Under the pieces are notes generated by a model. That model was not told where the DNA came from, searched no databases, and saw only the letters and a program-made list of their open reading frames with translations. DNA of 64,000 nucleotides from assembly GCA_001949185.1 (NCBI GenBank), contig BDGG01000006.1:1470827-1534826 (forward strand). The letters are read 5' to 3'. The stretch comes from Ramazzottius varieornatus (taxonomy: Eukaryota > Animalia > Tardigrada). Numbering within the stretch: position 1 is the stretch's first letter; each line of letters opens with the position of its first letter. Of this stretch, positions 1-12,252 are shown in pieces. A program made the translations under genes and the position numbers.

Positions 1-850
1 CCATTGACTACCTGAAATACATATACCATGTCGACTTTCTGCGCCTGCGTGTCTTCGGCTCAGCAGATGATCGGGACGGCGATCCCTTCTCGTAAACCCG
101 GCCTCAGTACTACCCTTCCACAAACTTCCGGCTCCAGCTTTAAAATGAAGGCGGAGGCTCCGAGACCGTTGGCTCCGGATACCATCAAAGATCGAGCTAG
201 ACAGAAGAGCCTACCAGTCGTCAACTCGCCCAGGTCATGATGCGTATAGCTTGGTGTTTGTACAGTTCAAATGACTATCATTTTTAGTACGATTACCCTA
301 GTATCCGAACAGGGCCAGAACCGACCAGCGTGGTCGCCAATAAACTTCCGGGTTAGATTCTTCTCTGGCTCTGTTCTCGGAACTCATAACTGCAAGCGTT
401 GAACGGTGATCTGCAGTCCTCTTTCTGACTAGGAAGTCACGTGATATATGCAAATTACTTCGAGTTATATAGTATTATCATTTTATCCAATCTATTCATC
501 AGCTGTCAATGTCACTGTGATACCTATTTGGGAATCTGACTTTAGAATCTGACTTTATCTCGAGGAACGAATAAACGTATAATCGATGGCGAACCTTTCT
601 GGTTAATCGTCATACTAGTAGTCAGAGGTAAGAGTGTGGATATAACCGACTGGACAAATGTAGAGTCGGGGCTCTTTTATTGTTCGCTGGATGTCTCAAG
701 GTACAGTATACTGTATATTGATGGACAAGAGAGAACGGCCGATTCCGAGGTAACAATGAAACTTTTCTGGGTTCCCGCACATATTAGTCCTCCTCACGAC
801 TGGCCGTAAAACTCCGTTGATTGTGTTGATCTTGAAAGTGGATTACGAAA

Positions 851-900
851 TTTCGCTTTCAAGATAAGCAGCCCTCGAGTAGCTTATCTTGAAAGCGAAA
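851..900. repeat. Perfect 19-bp inverted repeat with 12-nt loop
   Basis: TTTCGCTTTCAAGATAAGC (851-869) and GCTTATCTTGAAAGCGAAA (882-900). Confidence 0.9.
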
Positions 901-1881
901 ACGGATTATTCTCTGCACACTTGACTCAAACTTTCAAATTTTCATTTCTTAGCTGATCTCTGTCTGCACAGTGCTTCACGTTGCGAGATACCGTTTCACG
1001 TATGGGCTTCTTGATACCTATTAGTGTCGATGATATCGACAGACAGAGACTAGCCAGAGAGAAAACCATGAATTTCAGCCTAGTCAGGAGGCAAAGTTTG
1101 CCAAAAAACCTACCCCGCAAAACTCGCGCATTTCCGCTCCCGTTTCCGAGACTTTCGAAAAACGCAATTTTGCCTCACTCACGACTAATTTCCGTTGATC
1201 AAGCAAATTCAGATTCTAAATCAACCGTTTGCGACATAAACAGCTCGTCGTGAGGAGGATTATTTACTCGGCTGTCCGACTGCTACATCAGCAGAATACA
1301 CTGTCAGCCACTCAGCCTGTCACTACGAGGTAAACGACATAGTTTGGGCATAGCGGTTTTCGCACCATAATTCGGGCATATTTTTTCTCAGCTCCTGCTG
1401 CGCGTAATGAACTGTTTCTTGTTTTCTGAGGTAGACTGATCCCTCTTCTTGAGGTTTCGATAGGTTTGAGGACGACAAAGCGTTGTGGATTACGGAAATT
1501 AGGCCTGGGTGAGAGATGGGTCTGTCCAATGTTCGAAAACCTAATATTGTATCAACAGGCGTATGATGAGAGATAAATCAAGCTTTGACGATAATCTTCG
1601 AACTTTTCGCGTCGCCCGAACTATGGTGCGAAAATCCATATGCCCCAATTATGTCGTTTACCTCGTAGAGAAGAATCTGCATAAAATCTTAATAGGTCGA
1701 CGAGTCACTATCGCAGTGTGGATCTCATTTCGACCAGGCTCGAGCTGGTCCGAGCATGCAGTATACCGTGCACAATCTTATTCGAAGTATTGCGTCGATT
1801 TATCCCATTTCTAGATTGTCCCGTCCCTTGACTCTTTATTATACACGTACTCCCTGGACGACTCTAGAACAATCTGGGCTC

Positions 1882-3147
1882 ATGGACAACCGCGCGTTCC
1901 TTTTGTGCGAACGGCTTGTTATTCTCCTGGTAGTATCACCGACGGCTCACTTTGGAGGAAAACTTGATGTCGATGGATCAGCACAAACCTTGCAGACAAT
2001 TCGACGGTCGAAACGGGCTTTAGATTAAATTCAGACAAATCCCACCACCTCCGCAAACGAGCAGCTAAACGTCGGGCCGAGTTCTTCGAATTATCTCGCT
2101 CACAAGGCGATCTCACCCGCCGTAAGTAAACTCCGTTGACTGCCCGAGTAATTTCGACTCATGCGCACTCTGACTTTTGCAGAGAAACGTGACGCTGCCA
2201 CTGTTCTGGCTGCAAGCCATCATTCCAAAGCAACGATCCTATCCATCGACAGCAATCCATTCTCCACCACCACGGCTTGTGTATTATCTCCTGAAATCTC
2301 CATGGGACCTTACTGGGTCCAAGGCGAACTTATTCGCAACGACCTTCGACAAACCCAGCCGGGAATCTACCTGCACCTGGACATCCAGCTCATTGACGGC
2401 AATACCTGCCAGCCTGTCAGCCATGCCCACCTCGAGTATCTGGGCATGCAACGCTACCGGAACTTATTCCGGTGTCACCGGCGAAACACTGGTAATAATC
2501 GGCAGACGTCAGCGCGGTGAACAAATTCGACCAGATGGTTTTTCCCGAGTGGCGCACGTGCTCAGTGATATTGGTCGGAAGCGTGCGGCACCTGGGGGAT
2601 ATCGTCGAGTATTTTGGCAGTTTGCACAGCTTCCAAAATACATATATTTTTGCCACGAAGTAATTTAATTGAAACGTTCTGCAGGACGAGACGTTTCTCC
2701 GCGAAGTGGTCGCCAGAAACAATGACGGTGTCGCTCAGTTCACAACAAAGTTTCCCGGCCACTATTCGGCGCGTACCAGCCACACTCATGTCATCACCCA
2801 CTTGAATGGAGAAATACTGCCAACGGTACCTACAGCGGTGGTTCGATCCCACACATCGGCGAGATCTTCTTCGATCAAGACCTTCTTACAGAAGTCAGGT
2901 CCCTGTGGCCATACAGCGAGAACGCAAAAAATTTTAAGCTGAACTCCCAAGACCGTTCAACATTTCCAGTGCGGCAGACGCCGATCCCGTCATGAACTAT
3001 GTCTTGCTGGGCAACTCGCTGACGGACGGCATCTTGGGCTGGATTACCATGGGAGTGGACCGAAGTGCCGATCATTCGGACATGGTATACGCTGCGTCGA
3101 AGTGGACTAAAGATGGCGGCCTCGACTTACAGCTGGGCGACAAATAG
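1882..3147 (+). pseudogene. Secreted fungal-type intradiol ring-cleavage dioxygenase, frameshifted, 2 introns
   Basis: Motifs read across frames: KRDAATVLAASHHS, CVLSPEISMGPYWVQGELIRNDLR, IWACNATGTYSGV, DGVAQFTTKFPGHYSARTSHTH, HIGEIFFDQDL, DPVMNYVLLGNSLTDGILGWI. Introns 2122-2182 and 2492-2684. Frameshifts near 2026, 2437, 2822 and 2957. Confidence 0.85.
2511..2625. mobile_element. AAGTGGCGCA palindromic element, dioxygenase intron 2
   Basis: GAGTGGCGCA-27 nt-TGCGGCACCT. Confidence 0.75.
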
Positions 3148-3866
3148 AAGAAGGGCTAACTTCACGTGTTTTTTCTGAGCTTTCTTTTTACTGAGATAAT
3201 AGAGACTTAGTACTTTGCACAGATGGTTTGAACAAACGACAGTTTGGACAAAACGATTGCAATTAGAAAAGTTTAAACATTCAAGATTTGTAATTCGCCT
3301 CGCGATTCACGAAACGAAGGGGGGGGATGATTTCGTGAATCACGAAGAAAATTACTCGTAGATTTCACACGTGAACGAGTTGCCGTCAGTAATGCCCTGG
3401 CTGGCTCGAAGCACTGGGAAGCGTAATCGGTGCCCGGGCAACACAGGGCCTCCACTCCGGACAATCAGTCAATCAGATTTGCATTTGAGCCGGCTCTTTT
3501 TTAACATGGTGGGCTAATTACTGCCGAACAAACCACCATGACCAGCAGTGGTCGTTTGTCCCATCGTTTTCTCAAACTCGTCCGCGTTGTGCAACTTCTC
3601 AAAGCTTCTAGCGAATGCTTTTATAAACTTCGATTTTCAAAATTAATTAGTTCTCGTTTGTTCAAACCATCTGCGCAAAGCGCAACTTCTCTAATAACTT
3701 TGTACATTTATTTTCCGGGAATAGCCAATCATTCTTTTCAAAGTCTCAACAAAACAAATAAAAAACAAGTTTTTTCTTCGTGGCAGTAATTTGAATAACT
3801 CAATGCAAAAACTCAACAATAAAATGCACAGAACTGAATCAAGAAAAGATGAATATATACTTATCA

Positions 3867-6800
3867 TCAAGAAGAACTGCCACTTCTGGGGTACATATTT
3901 GAAGGATGGCTGTTGGACATGGTGGAGCCCGAAGGCGGCAGACCGTAGCTCTGGCCGGGATGGCCAATGGCTGGTCCGAATACCGGGATACCCGTCATAA
4001 TACTGCCAACCTGTAAATAATGAAAACCGTTCAACCATCAATCCATCATCCAACCTGTCTCAAAAATCAAGAGCAACATCTCGCCTTTGAACACACCTAC
4101 ATACACTACGCCGTACCCTTATGCCCTGGCCGAGTATGCAGGTAAGCGCAAAGCAAGCGAAGCGTCGACCTGCACACAGCAGACAGTACATATCAGGTGG
4201 AACGTCTGTACGCAGGTAAGCGAAACAGGCCGCAAAGGACTTACGCGTTGAGATCCATCGTTCGGGTGTGAGCTTCCCGAATTGTGTGAAGACTGAGCAT
4301 TGCTGGACTGATGCGAGTGTGACGATGGCTGGGACGAAGAGGGTGCATTAGACTGTTGGGACATCTGAGCCATTTGCGGGACACCAGTGCGAACCAGCAT
4401 GGGCTGGGCCATCATACCGGCAGCTGCATACTGACGGTATACATCCTGGAGAGCTCCCGCGTTGGCGTTCATGCGTTGCTGCTGCTCGCTAAGATGCTGC
4501 TGGAGAGCTCTATGGAAATACTCTGCAAAACAGACAGTTCCGAATCTGGAAATCACAATAACTCAGAGTTGGAGCTCGACAATGAAGATCGGTTTTCCAA
4601 GTGGCGCACCCTTCTAGCCAGTAACACAGAAACCACGCGCTTCTTGGAAAAAAAAGACTATTTCGGGTGTATTCGTAGTGGCGCACGTTCTCGGTATCGT
4701 CAGCTGGAAAAACTGGCCAGTTGGAAACGATATGGTCGAGTTTCACATTCTGCCTTTTTTCTACAAAATTTCCCGTCGGGTTGGTGTCGAGCACGGCCTT
4801 GTTAACGTTATAGTGTAGAAACGCAGTATAACAAATTTCAAAGGACAGTTCCTACGCTTGTTTGGCTCGTACTGCATTTTCTTCAGTCTTACCAGGGTTG
4901 AGCGTGGTCAGGCCGCCCATGGCGTGGAGCTGTTGGGCCATGAGAGCCTGCTGCTGTTGTGGCGTCAGCGCCTGCATGTGTTCGGGTGCTTTGCCTAGCA
5001 AGGCCGGGTTGATACTCATCAGCTGTGGCTGTCCACCACCACCAGCCATATTGGGTACCACCATCACCACTTGGTTACCCATAGCGGCAGGATAGGGTGC
5101 GGCCATCGCGAAAGGAGCCATGGTCATTTGACCTTGTTGAGGAACGTTGCTTTGTTGTTGACTTTGGACGTTCTGCTGCACTGGTGTTTGGGACTTGTTG
5201 GGGGATCGCATCCCCGACGGATTACCACCTGAAAGAAAACAGACCATGAGAATCGTGAAATTTTCAAACTCGGGTTCATAAAGGCATACGTCAGAAATGA
5301 GGAAGATCTCAGAATTTTCTGAAAATCTCAGAAATATTTTTCGGATATGCAATTATTCGGAACAATTTTCAGGTATTTTTTCGAGTGAAGGCAAAATGAT
5401 GTGAAATACTTACGAGAAGACTGGCTGGAGCTTTGGTGAAGGTCGGGTGTAGAACCTTGCGTGTTGGACCGGGATTGTTTGTTGGAGGGCGGTTGAAGGT
5501 GGCTCCGCGAATGGCTGGGTTCATGGTGAGACGAGCGGGATGAGCCTGAACGTTCCATCATGGAGGACGAACCGGACATGTGAGCAGGAGACGGACTTCG
5601 ATGACGCTTCGACGAACTCTAGGAAAACCAACCATCAATAGAAAATAGTTAGAGACCGGAGCTCGACAAACGAGCGTATAAGATCAGTTTCTCGAGTCGC
5701 GCACGTTTACATTGTTATCAGCTGGAAGTGTGCGCCAGTGGAGATTTCAATCATGTACGCTTCGTTTGACGACCTGCCAGTTTAAGAAACCCTTACCGAA
5801 GGATGGCTGTTATTTATATGAGAACTGTCAGGGTGAATAAGCTGAAGGTTAACGGGAACCGGGACGTTCACCATAGGGTAATTCATCAAACGCGGCCTCT
5901 GCATGTTCGGATCTGCAAATGGAGAACAGTCATCGATTGAACACGGAAGCAATTTCGTCGAAAGGGAAAACTTTTCAATATGTAGACGTACTGGTCTGGG
6001 AAATGAGCATTGTGGAATTCTGATAGGAATGTTGGACGTGATTAGCCTGCATCTCTCGCTCGCGTCCCAGGTCAGCCTGTTCCTTCTTATACCGCATCTC
6101 CAAACTCATCTTCTCTTTCATCTGCGCGAAGATTAAGTGCCGTCGAGCTCGCTCTTGTTTGATCTTCTCTTTCAAGTCTGCAATCTGCAATCCAATTCTT
6201 TTCTTCATCAGTTTACTCATGAATTAGCGTCGTGATTGGGCTTACTTTGAGATCGAGGTCTTCGGCGTCGCGATCACGAACCAGTCTTTTCCGCTCTTCT
6301 TCTTTCCGCAGAATCTGTTTGGCAACACTGAGCTTCTCCCGTTCACGACTAGCGCTGATGCGATCTTTGATCTTCTCAAAGACAGCTTGTGGAATCACCA
6401 AGCGGAATGTGCCCAATACCGAGCTCTCACTGAGCGAAGCGCCCACACCGTTCATCTTCTCTCCTCCGTCGTGGACAGCTTTAACATCCTTTGAACCTAT
6501 CACAGTTGAGGATACACCGTTGGTGTTCGTCACGAAGGACGACATCGAAGCCGCTCCCTCAGCTTCCATTACGACGGAAGCTACGACGGCGAAAACAGAT
6601 TAGTCCAGTGCAACGATTCAGAATATGAACTTCCGTAAATTACCACCCGCGTACTGTATCGGCTATACAGATTCAGGAAGGGGGAAATAAACGGACCAGG
6701 TGAAAAACCATTTTACCATGTCAGTGGACGCATGACGTCATCAAACGTTTAAAAAGTATCAGGCTGCGTGTCGCCCAGCAATGGTTTGGTCATGACGTCA

Positions 6801-7108
6801 TGGCACAGCTGACACCGAAAATTCCCTAGATTGCGACAGATCTTTCTGATTCTTTTACCAAAGGAAGAATCGACGCTCTCAAAGTCGGAAACTGGGTTTT
6901 TGGGCTTGAGAAGTTGGGGTTGAGCATTCTTCTTGGCAGAGCCAGATGAGGGAGGGAGTTTTTCAGGTTGAGTTTCCGAGACGAGAGTGGTGTTGCCCGA
7001 TGGAACGACTGGATTGAGGCTTCCATTCGTCGTTCTGGCTGGGGTGTTCTTGGGAGTACCGTCGAGCATTTCAGCATCTCCGTCCTCCTTCTTGATATCT
7101 GCAGTCAT
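3867..7108 (-). CDS. GPS2: GPS2-like protein (G protein pathway suppressor 2 / NCoR complex subunit), multi-exon, Q/S-rich C-terminus
   Basis: Coiled-coil IADLKEKIKQERARRHLIFAQMKEKMSLEMRYKKEQADL resembles GPS2 ILKLEEKLLALQEEKHQLFLQLKKVLHEEEKRRRKEQSDL (recalled). Spliced frame consistent across introns such as 6581-6858, 6185-6245, 5619-5796 and 4523-4892. Confidence 0.6.
4572..4745. mobile_element. AAGTGGCGCA palindromic element, dimer, GPS2-like intron
   Basis: Two cores at ~4601 and ~4678; left end GAGCTCGAC. Confidence 0.8.
5659..5776. mobile_element. AAGTGGCGCA palindromic element, GPS2-like intron
   Basis: GAGCTCGACAAAC..GAGTCGCGCA-27 nt-TGCGCCAGT..GTTTGACGAC. Confidence 0.75.
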
Positions 7109-7755
7109 CTTGCGCCTTCCTGGGGCAAACTAACTTGTCAGGAATTCCGTGCAAATAGTCTAGTCGCGAACTGGATACACCCCGATCTCAGCCAGCAGTT
7201 CAGCCCTGGATTGATTGATCTGGTTACCAGATCAAAACAAAATTTTCTATTGCCTTTCACGAATACATCAGTCGCCGCTTTGATAAGATTCTGCCTATTA
7301 CTCCATCTCGCTGATTCAGAATCCAGCAACCTGCATTCCGCCAAGGGGAGAAGATCGTTGAGAATGAAAACAAGAACAAGCGCACAAACCAGACGCGTTT
7401 CATACACCATACAGCAATCGATTCCCAACCAAAGCAGCTCCCGCTCTCAGCTGACTCTTCTGCTTCAACAGAAGGACATACCAACAGATTCAGATTTCAA
7501 AACGACAACCACTTCGGAAGGAACAACGCAGGAAGTATAGTTTCGAGTTTCGACTGGGAAGAAAACTCCTCCGGAAGGCGAGCCCAAAAAATGAAGAAAC
7601 ATACAAAACTTATCAATCAATGCACATCCCAATCAACTGGCCTTTAGACATATGGGAGGAGACGACTAGAATTAGCACAGTTTTCCTCGTCGATAGCTGA
7701 ACATTGGTAACGTAATCACAATCTTTTCTATTTAAATCGGACAAGGCACAAAAAT

Positions 7756-8789
7756 TCATAAAATCGTACAGCACGTCGTCTGGGTTCGCCATGAATGCCT
7801 CGATCCGAGCCTCTCCTGTGCTTCCAAGAGAACTTTCCACGCGGTGAGGAAGACATCTTGAACCCCTTCGCCAGTCTTTGCCGAGTTTTCGACGTATCCG
7901 TGGGCTCCTGAGCAAGCGTATAATAATTTGTATGTGTTTTGGTCGTTTGCAAATCGGGATGAAGTATTCGCTTACCGATTCTCTCCGCCATCAAGCGAGC
8001 AGATTCCCGAGTTACAAAATTCTGCAAAATATCTTTATCAGGATTTCTGATGAAATATCCAGTCGAGTAATTCACTTACTCTTCCTTCGCGCTGGAGTTC
8101 CGTAGCAATCTCCCGATCATGTAGGACGTCCTTCTTGTTTCCCACCAAAATCATAGGTACTTTCGGGCAATATCGACGAATCTGCAGAACTTAGCGTTAA
8201 AAGCATGAAGTTATATTATATACAAGCAAACCTGCTTGAGGAGCATACTTCTGGTAGCCACATGTCTTCTATGTTTTCCAAGCTGTCGGGGTTATCAATG
8301 GCAAAACAAACAAGCAACAAGTCCACCGGGTTCGCGTCCTGGTAACTTAGCGAGCGCAGTTTACAGAATTCCTCTTGTCCGGCCGTATCCCAAATCACAA
8401 ACTCGACTTCCTGAAACAAAAAGCTGGCTCTTGCCGATGTCCACACAAATTTCCTGAATCAGAATATCGAAATGGAATGAAGGGTTCGCTTGGTTTTCCC
8501 AGCAGACATTCAAAGAAATTTCGAAACAGAAATACAAGCTATTTTTCACCTGACAAACTGCAGAAGAAATGGTTTGGGTCATTGTTTCGAAGATGGTCGG
8601 GATGTGGTCGGTGATAAAGCGATCCTGGCAGAATCTGTGTAATAAACATGTTTTGCCGCAAGATCCATCACCGACAACCGCGATCTTCTTGCGGACTCCT
8701 CCACGTTCTTCCAGGCTCTTTAAGGACTGCCGACGTTCACGTTCTTGTCGGGCTTTGAGAATCTCAGGCTTCAACCGAGGAGTATCCAT
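7756..8789 (-). CDS. Rho-family small GTPase (RhoA-like, divergent), 5 exons
   Basis: [43 protein letters not shown] and C-terminal CAAX box CCTIL*. Confidence 0.9.
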
Positions 8790-9165
8790 TTTACGATCCC
8801 ACTCACTGTATATTATCGGTGAAAATAAAAACAGTGAGCCATTTCAGGTTCTTCTTTGCTTGTGAATGAACGTAATACCGCCTTGAGGTTCTTTGAGCGA
8901 TGCCTACATCCATCACTCGACAGAGGGTCGCAAATATAAGACAACGGTCTCACTGAAGGATCGCTGTTCTACAAATAAACAAACTCGCGAACTCGACTAT
9001 GAGAAACAGTAAAACGGATGAGCTCAAACCGTAAGGACAAAATCTCACCGCAAAAATACTATTTGAAGAAACCAAAGCCGGGATAAAGCTCAATCACACA
9101 GCATCACCTGAGTTGAAATCAAAGCACGAGTACTGATATAACACAGACGGAGATTCACAGAAAAT

Positions 9166-11219
9166 TTATCCGTTGTGGTTTCCACCACGGGTTCGCTGAG
9201 GCACTTCGGTGATGCTATTAGGAGTCTTCATGCACAGCATGTCCCAAAGAATGGTTTTGGGTATCATGTGGATCGGTAAATCGTGCTGTATCACTTTCAT
9301 CTAGAAAATACCAAGATGGAACAGACACGAAATGGCTACAGAACACTGTATCGCAATTAAGACCCCGGCAAACAAACTCGGCAAGACTGGCCTCCCAAGT
9401 GGCGCACGTTCTCGGCATACCTGGCTGGACAACTGCGCCACTTGGAAAAACGAGCTCCTTCTTCTTACCAGAGCAAGAGTTTTGAGCTTCGGCATAAATT
9501 CCATCAGAAATAGATCATCATGATCGAACAGAGGGGCCTCAGGCAGGAATGAAGTGGAGTAAGGATACTCTAGAGTTACCGGGGAGGTCCCACCGAAGAG
9601 GAACAATCGGTCGTTGGCCACACAGCACGCCATTCTCCTCCTAGGTTTCGGCACGAACTTCTTCGCACTAAACGCTATAAAAACAACTTTCAGCTTTCAA
9701 AGCCATCGGGTATCGTACGGAAAAGTTCAGTTGTCCGTCTCAAAATGATGACTGCATGGTGGAAAGCCAGCGAACAAACTACAGACACACTTCACCGACC
9801 TGCACACCACAAGCCATACCACTGTCGGCTTAAACGTTTGCAGGTGCATGCCTAGCTGCAGTACGGCGTGCTACGTACTTGCCGAGACGAACTTCACTTA
9901 CTAATCTGGCTCCATTTGGCTTCCGAGGCTCTAGGATCGAACATCCACATGTCATTGAAGTGATCGGTGCCGTCGTAACCACCAAAGATGTAGAACTTTC
10001 CACGACGGACGAATGAAGTGTGCGAGCGTCGTGACGGTGGAGCCACGCCATTCAGTGTTTCCACCTGTGTCCAGGTGCACGCTCGTGGATCGAACCGCCA
10101 CAGAAAGTTATCATACTTCTCGATACCCGTGTGCTGGCCATCCTCGTCCAGATCTCCTCGGCCACCCCACACGTACAGCTTGTCTTCGAGGGGGACCATG
10201 GTCGTGAAGTCGCGTGGCATAGGCTGTGGACTTCCGGGTGCAAGTCGGATCGTGTTCCAGGTTGAATAGAGGATGTGGTAAGCGAAGATGGCGGAGGAAA
10301 ACCTGTCACGCGTTTCCTCGAAACCACCTGTAAGACCATTCATCGATATGAAGTAAACATTCGCGAATGAGAAGATCGCCCTTCAGAATACACATCTTTT
10401 CACCCATCTGCATACTCAAAATGATCCACTCACACTATTATGTTCGGGTATACAGGTACGCGAACGGCTGGCTCAAAAGGATAAAAGTGTGCACGAACCT
10501 GAATACCTTCCATAACGATACACTGAAACGTTCTCGTAAGGAGGTATGTGAGAGATCGGTAAATTTGGTTTATCAGTCTCTGAAACGACTATGTTCAACT
10601 TATGGAATATTTTGTACTCACCGAAGATATACATAGTGTCCTCTAAGATGGCCGCCGAATGTCCATCTCGTTTATCGGGGCATCTGCCATGCATCTTGGG
10701 TCTTGCCCAGGTTGTCTTCTCAGTGTCGAAGCAATAGAGTGTATTACAAGCCCCAGCCAGGTCGTTCCGGCCACCCCAGATGTAGGCGTAGTGCTTCCAG
10801 GCTGCAGCTGAATGGCCGTAGCGGTGGTAGGGCACGTCAGACCGGCAGATGTCGGAAGTAAAATCTAAAGGTGCAGGGAGCATCTTCCAACGGAGTGAAT
10901 CCACGTCCAGGACATACACTTCCATGGCCCGGCTTTCTTCGTAGTCCTCTCCCGAACAGTATCCGCCAAAGCAGAAGATCTTGTCCTCGATAGCCTACCA
11001 AAACAAAATGCAGTACTCGGTCCTGTTCACTATCTGGGTGCCCGGCAAACAAACTCGAACAAATCACCCTTCCAAGTGGCGCACGTTTGTAGCCAATCAC
11101 ACAGAAAGCTTGCGCCACTTTGAAAAAGTCTGGTCGAACACAAAATCAGACCGATCGTTCCTTACCACCGCGGCATGGTTGACTTTCTTCGGTCCGCCTT
11201 CCAAACGGGTCACGAACAT
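9166..11219 (-). CDS. KLHDC3: Kelch domain-containing protein 3 (CRL2 substrate receptor)
   Basis: LEGGPKKVNHAAV|AIEDKIFCFGGYCSGEDY, VPYHRYGHSA, RDGHSA kelch repeats, C-terminal BC-box PKLKTLAL. Confidence 0.9.
9362..9457. mobile_element. AAGTGGCGCA palindromic element, KLHDC3 last intron
   Basis: CGGCAAACAAACTCGGCAAG..CCAAGTGGCGCA-27 nt-TGCGCCACTTGG..GAGCTC. Confidence 0.85.
11040..11155. mobile_element. AAGTGGCGCA palindromic element, KLHDC3 intron 1
   Basis: CCAAGTGGCGCA-27 nt-TGCGCCACTT. Confidence 0.85.
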
Positions 11220-11559
11220 GGTTTTTCTGTGAAAGTAAGTCTGACGTACGGACTTTCGAGACGATGAAAGGCGATCTGCAAAAGCGGCAACTTGGAATAC
11301 TAATTGTCTGAAAAAAAGAATTTCCCAGGACAGAATGTTCAGTGGGAAGGTTATTACGTATGAGTTCTGAGGGCAATTACCTGACTTGCAGGGGCGAAGG
11401 ACCTCGCTATATGGTTTGGAAGTTCATTTCTGAGAGGAATGCCATAAAAGACCGTCCGCGGTTCTCTGGATTAAATAATCGTCAGCAGATGATCAGCCTT
11501 ATACTTTGAACTCCTGGAACGAAATCTCGTCATATCGAACGGCACACATTTCACACCAC

Positions 11560-12170
11560 GTCCGGGAAGTGCTGGTTTTATTCAGGTGACTACGTAGCAC
11601 ACTTGATCAACATTTCCTGCAAAGAAGATGCCCATCAGTACAGACCGGAAGTAGAAAGAATAATACAAAATATTCTCGCAGGTGAAATACTCCTTACCTG
11701 CTCCTCCCTCTCCGATTGTGCCGAAGCTTCTCAAGGGCTCTTTTCGTGCTAGGCGAGATCCTGCGGCCAAGCTTGTTGGCGGTTGTCTAAAGAACTAGCA
11801 GAAGTTATGTAACGATTATGAGTGTCGGTCGGTCTGATTCTGAAGGCACTTCCGGCACGATGGATTCAGCTCCGACTGGGGTCGACTGGTTCAAATTTCT
11901 CCAAGAGCGTGACATCCGTAAGATAGGTCACAGCAGCATAAATGACTGACTATTACCTTCCGAAAAATCAGGCAAAGGATGCTCGTGAGTGATGAAACGA
12001 CGACAGGGTCGACCCTCGACAGCAAAAGAGGAAGACGGGAAAAAAGCTTGTTTTGGTTTTCTTTGCAATCAAGGGTTTACCTCAGTTGTTCAATCAATGC
12101 ATCGAAATTGCAGATGAACACAATCAAGGATCAATCACTAACCAATACGTGATTAAATACACTTCCGGTT
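11560..12170. promoter_or_regulatory. Bidirectional promoter region KLHDC3/ERGIC2 with ETS-type CCGGAAGT sites
   Basis: Head-to-head genes. ACCGGAAGT at 11644-11652, ACTTCCGG at 11848-11855 and 12161-12168. Confidence 0.45.
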
Positions 12171-12252
12171 GGCACTTGCTTTGTCTGCTCCTGCGAACGG
12201 AGATTCTGAGGCATCCTTCGTCTCGTGCTGGATTAGGGGAGTTCAGCTGAAA

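Noticed and set aside
28-240. 70-aa ORF at window start
   Set aside because: No recognisable motif. It could be a terminal exon of an upstream gene, but this cannot be supported.
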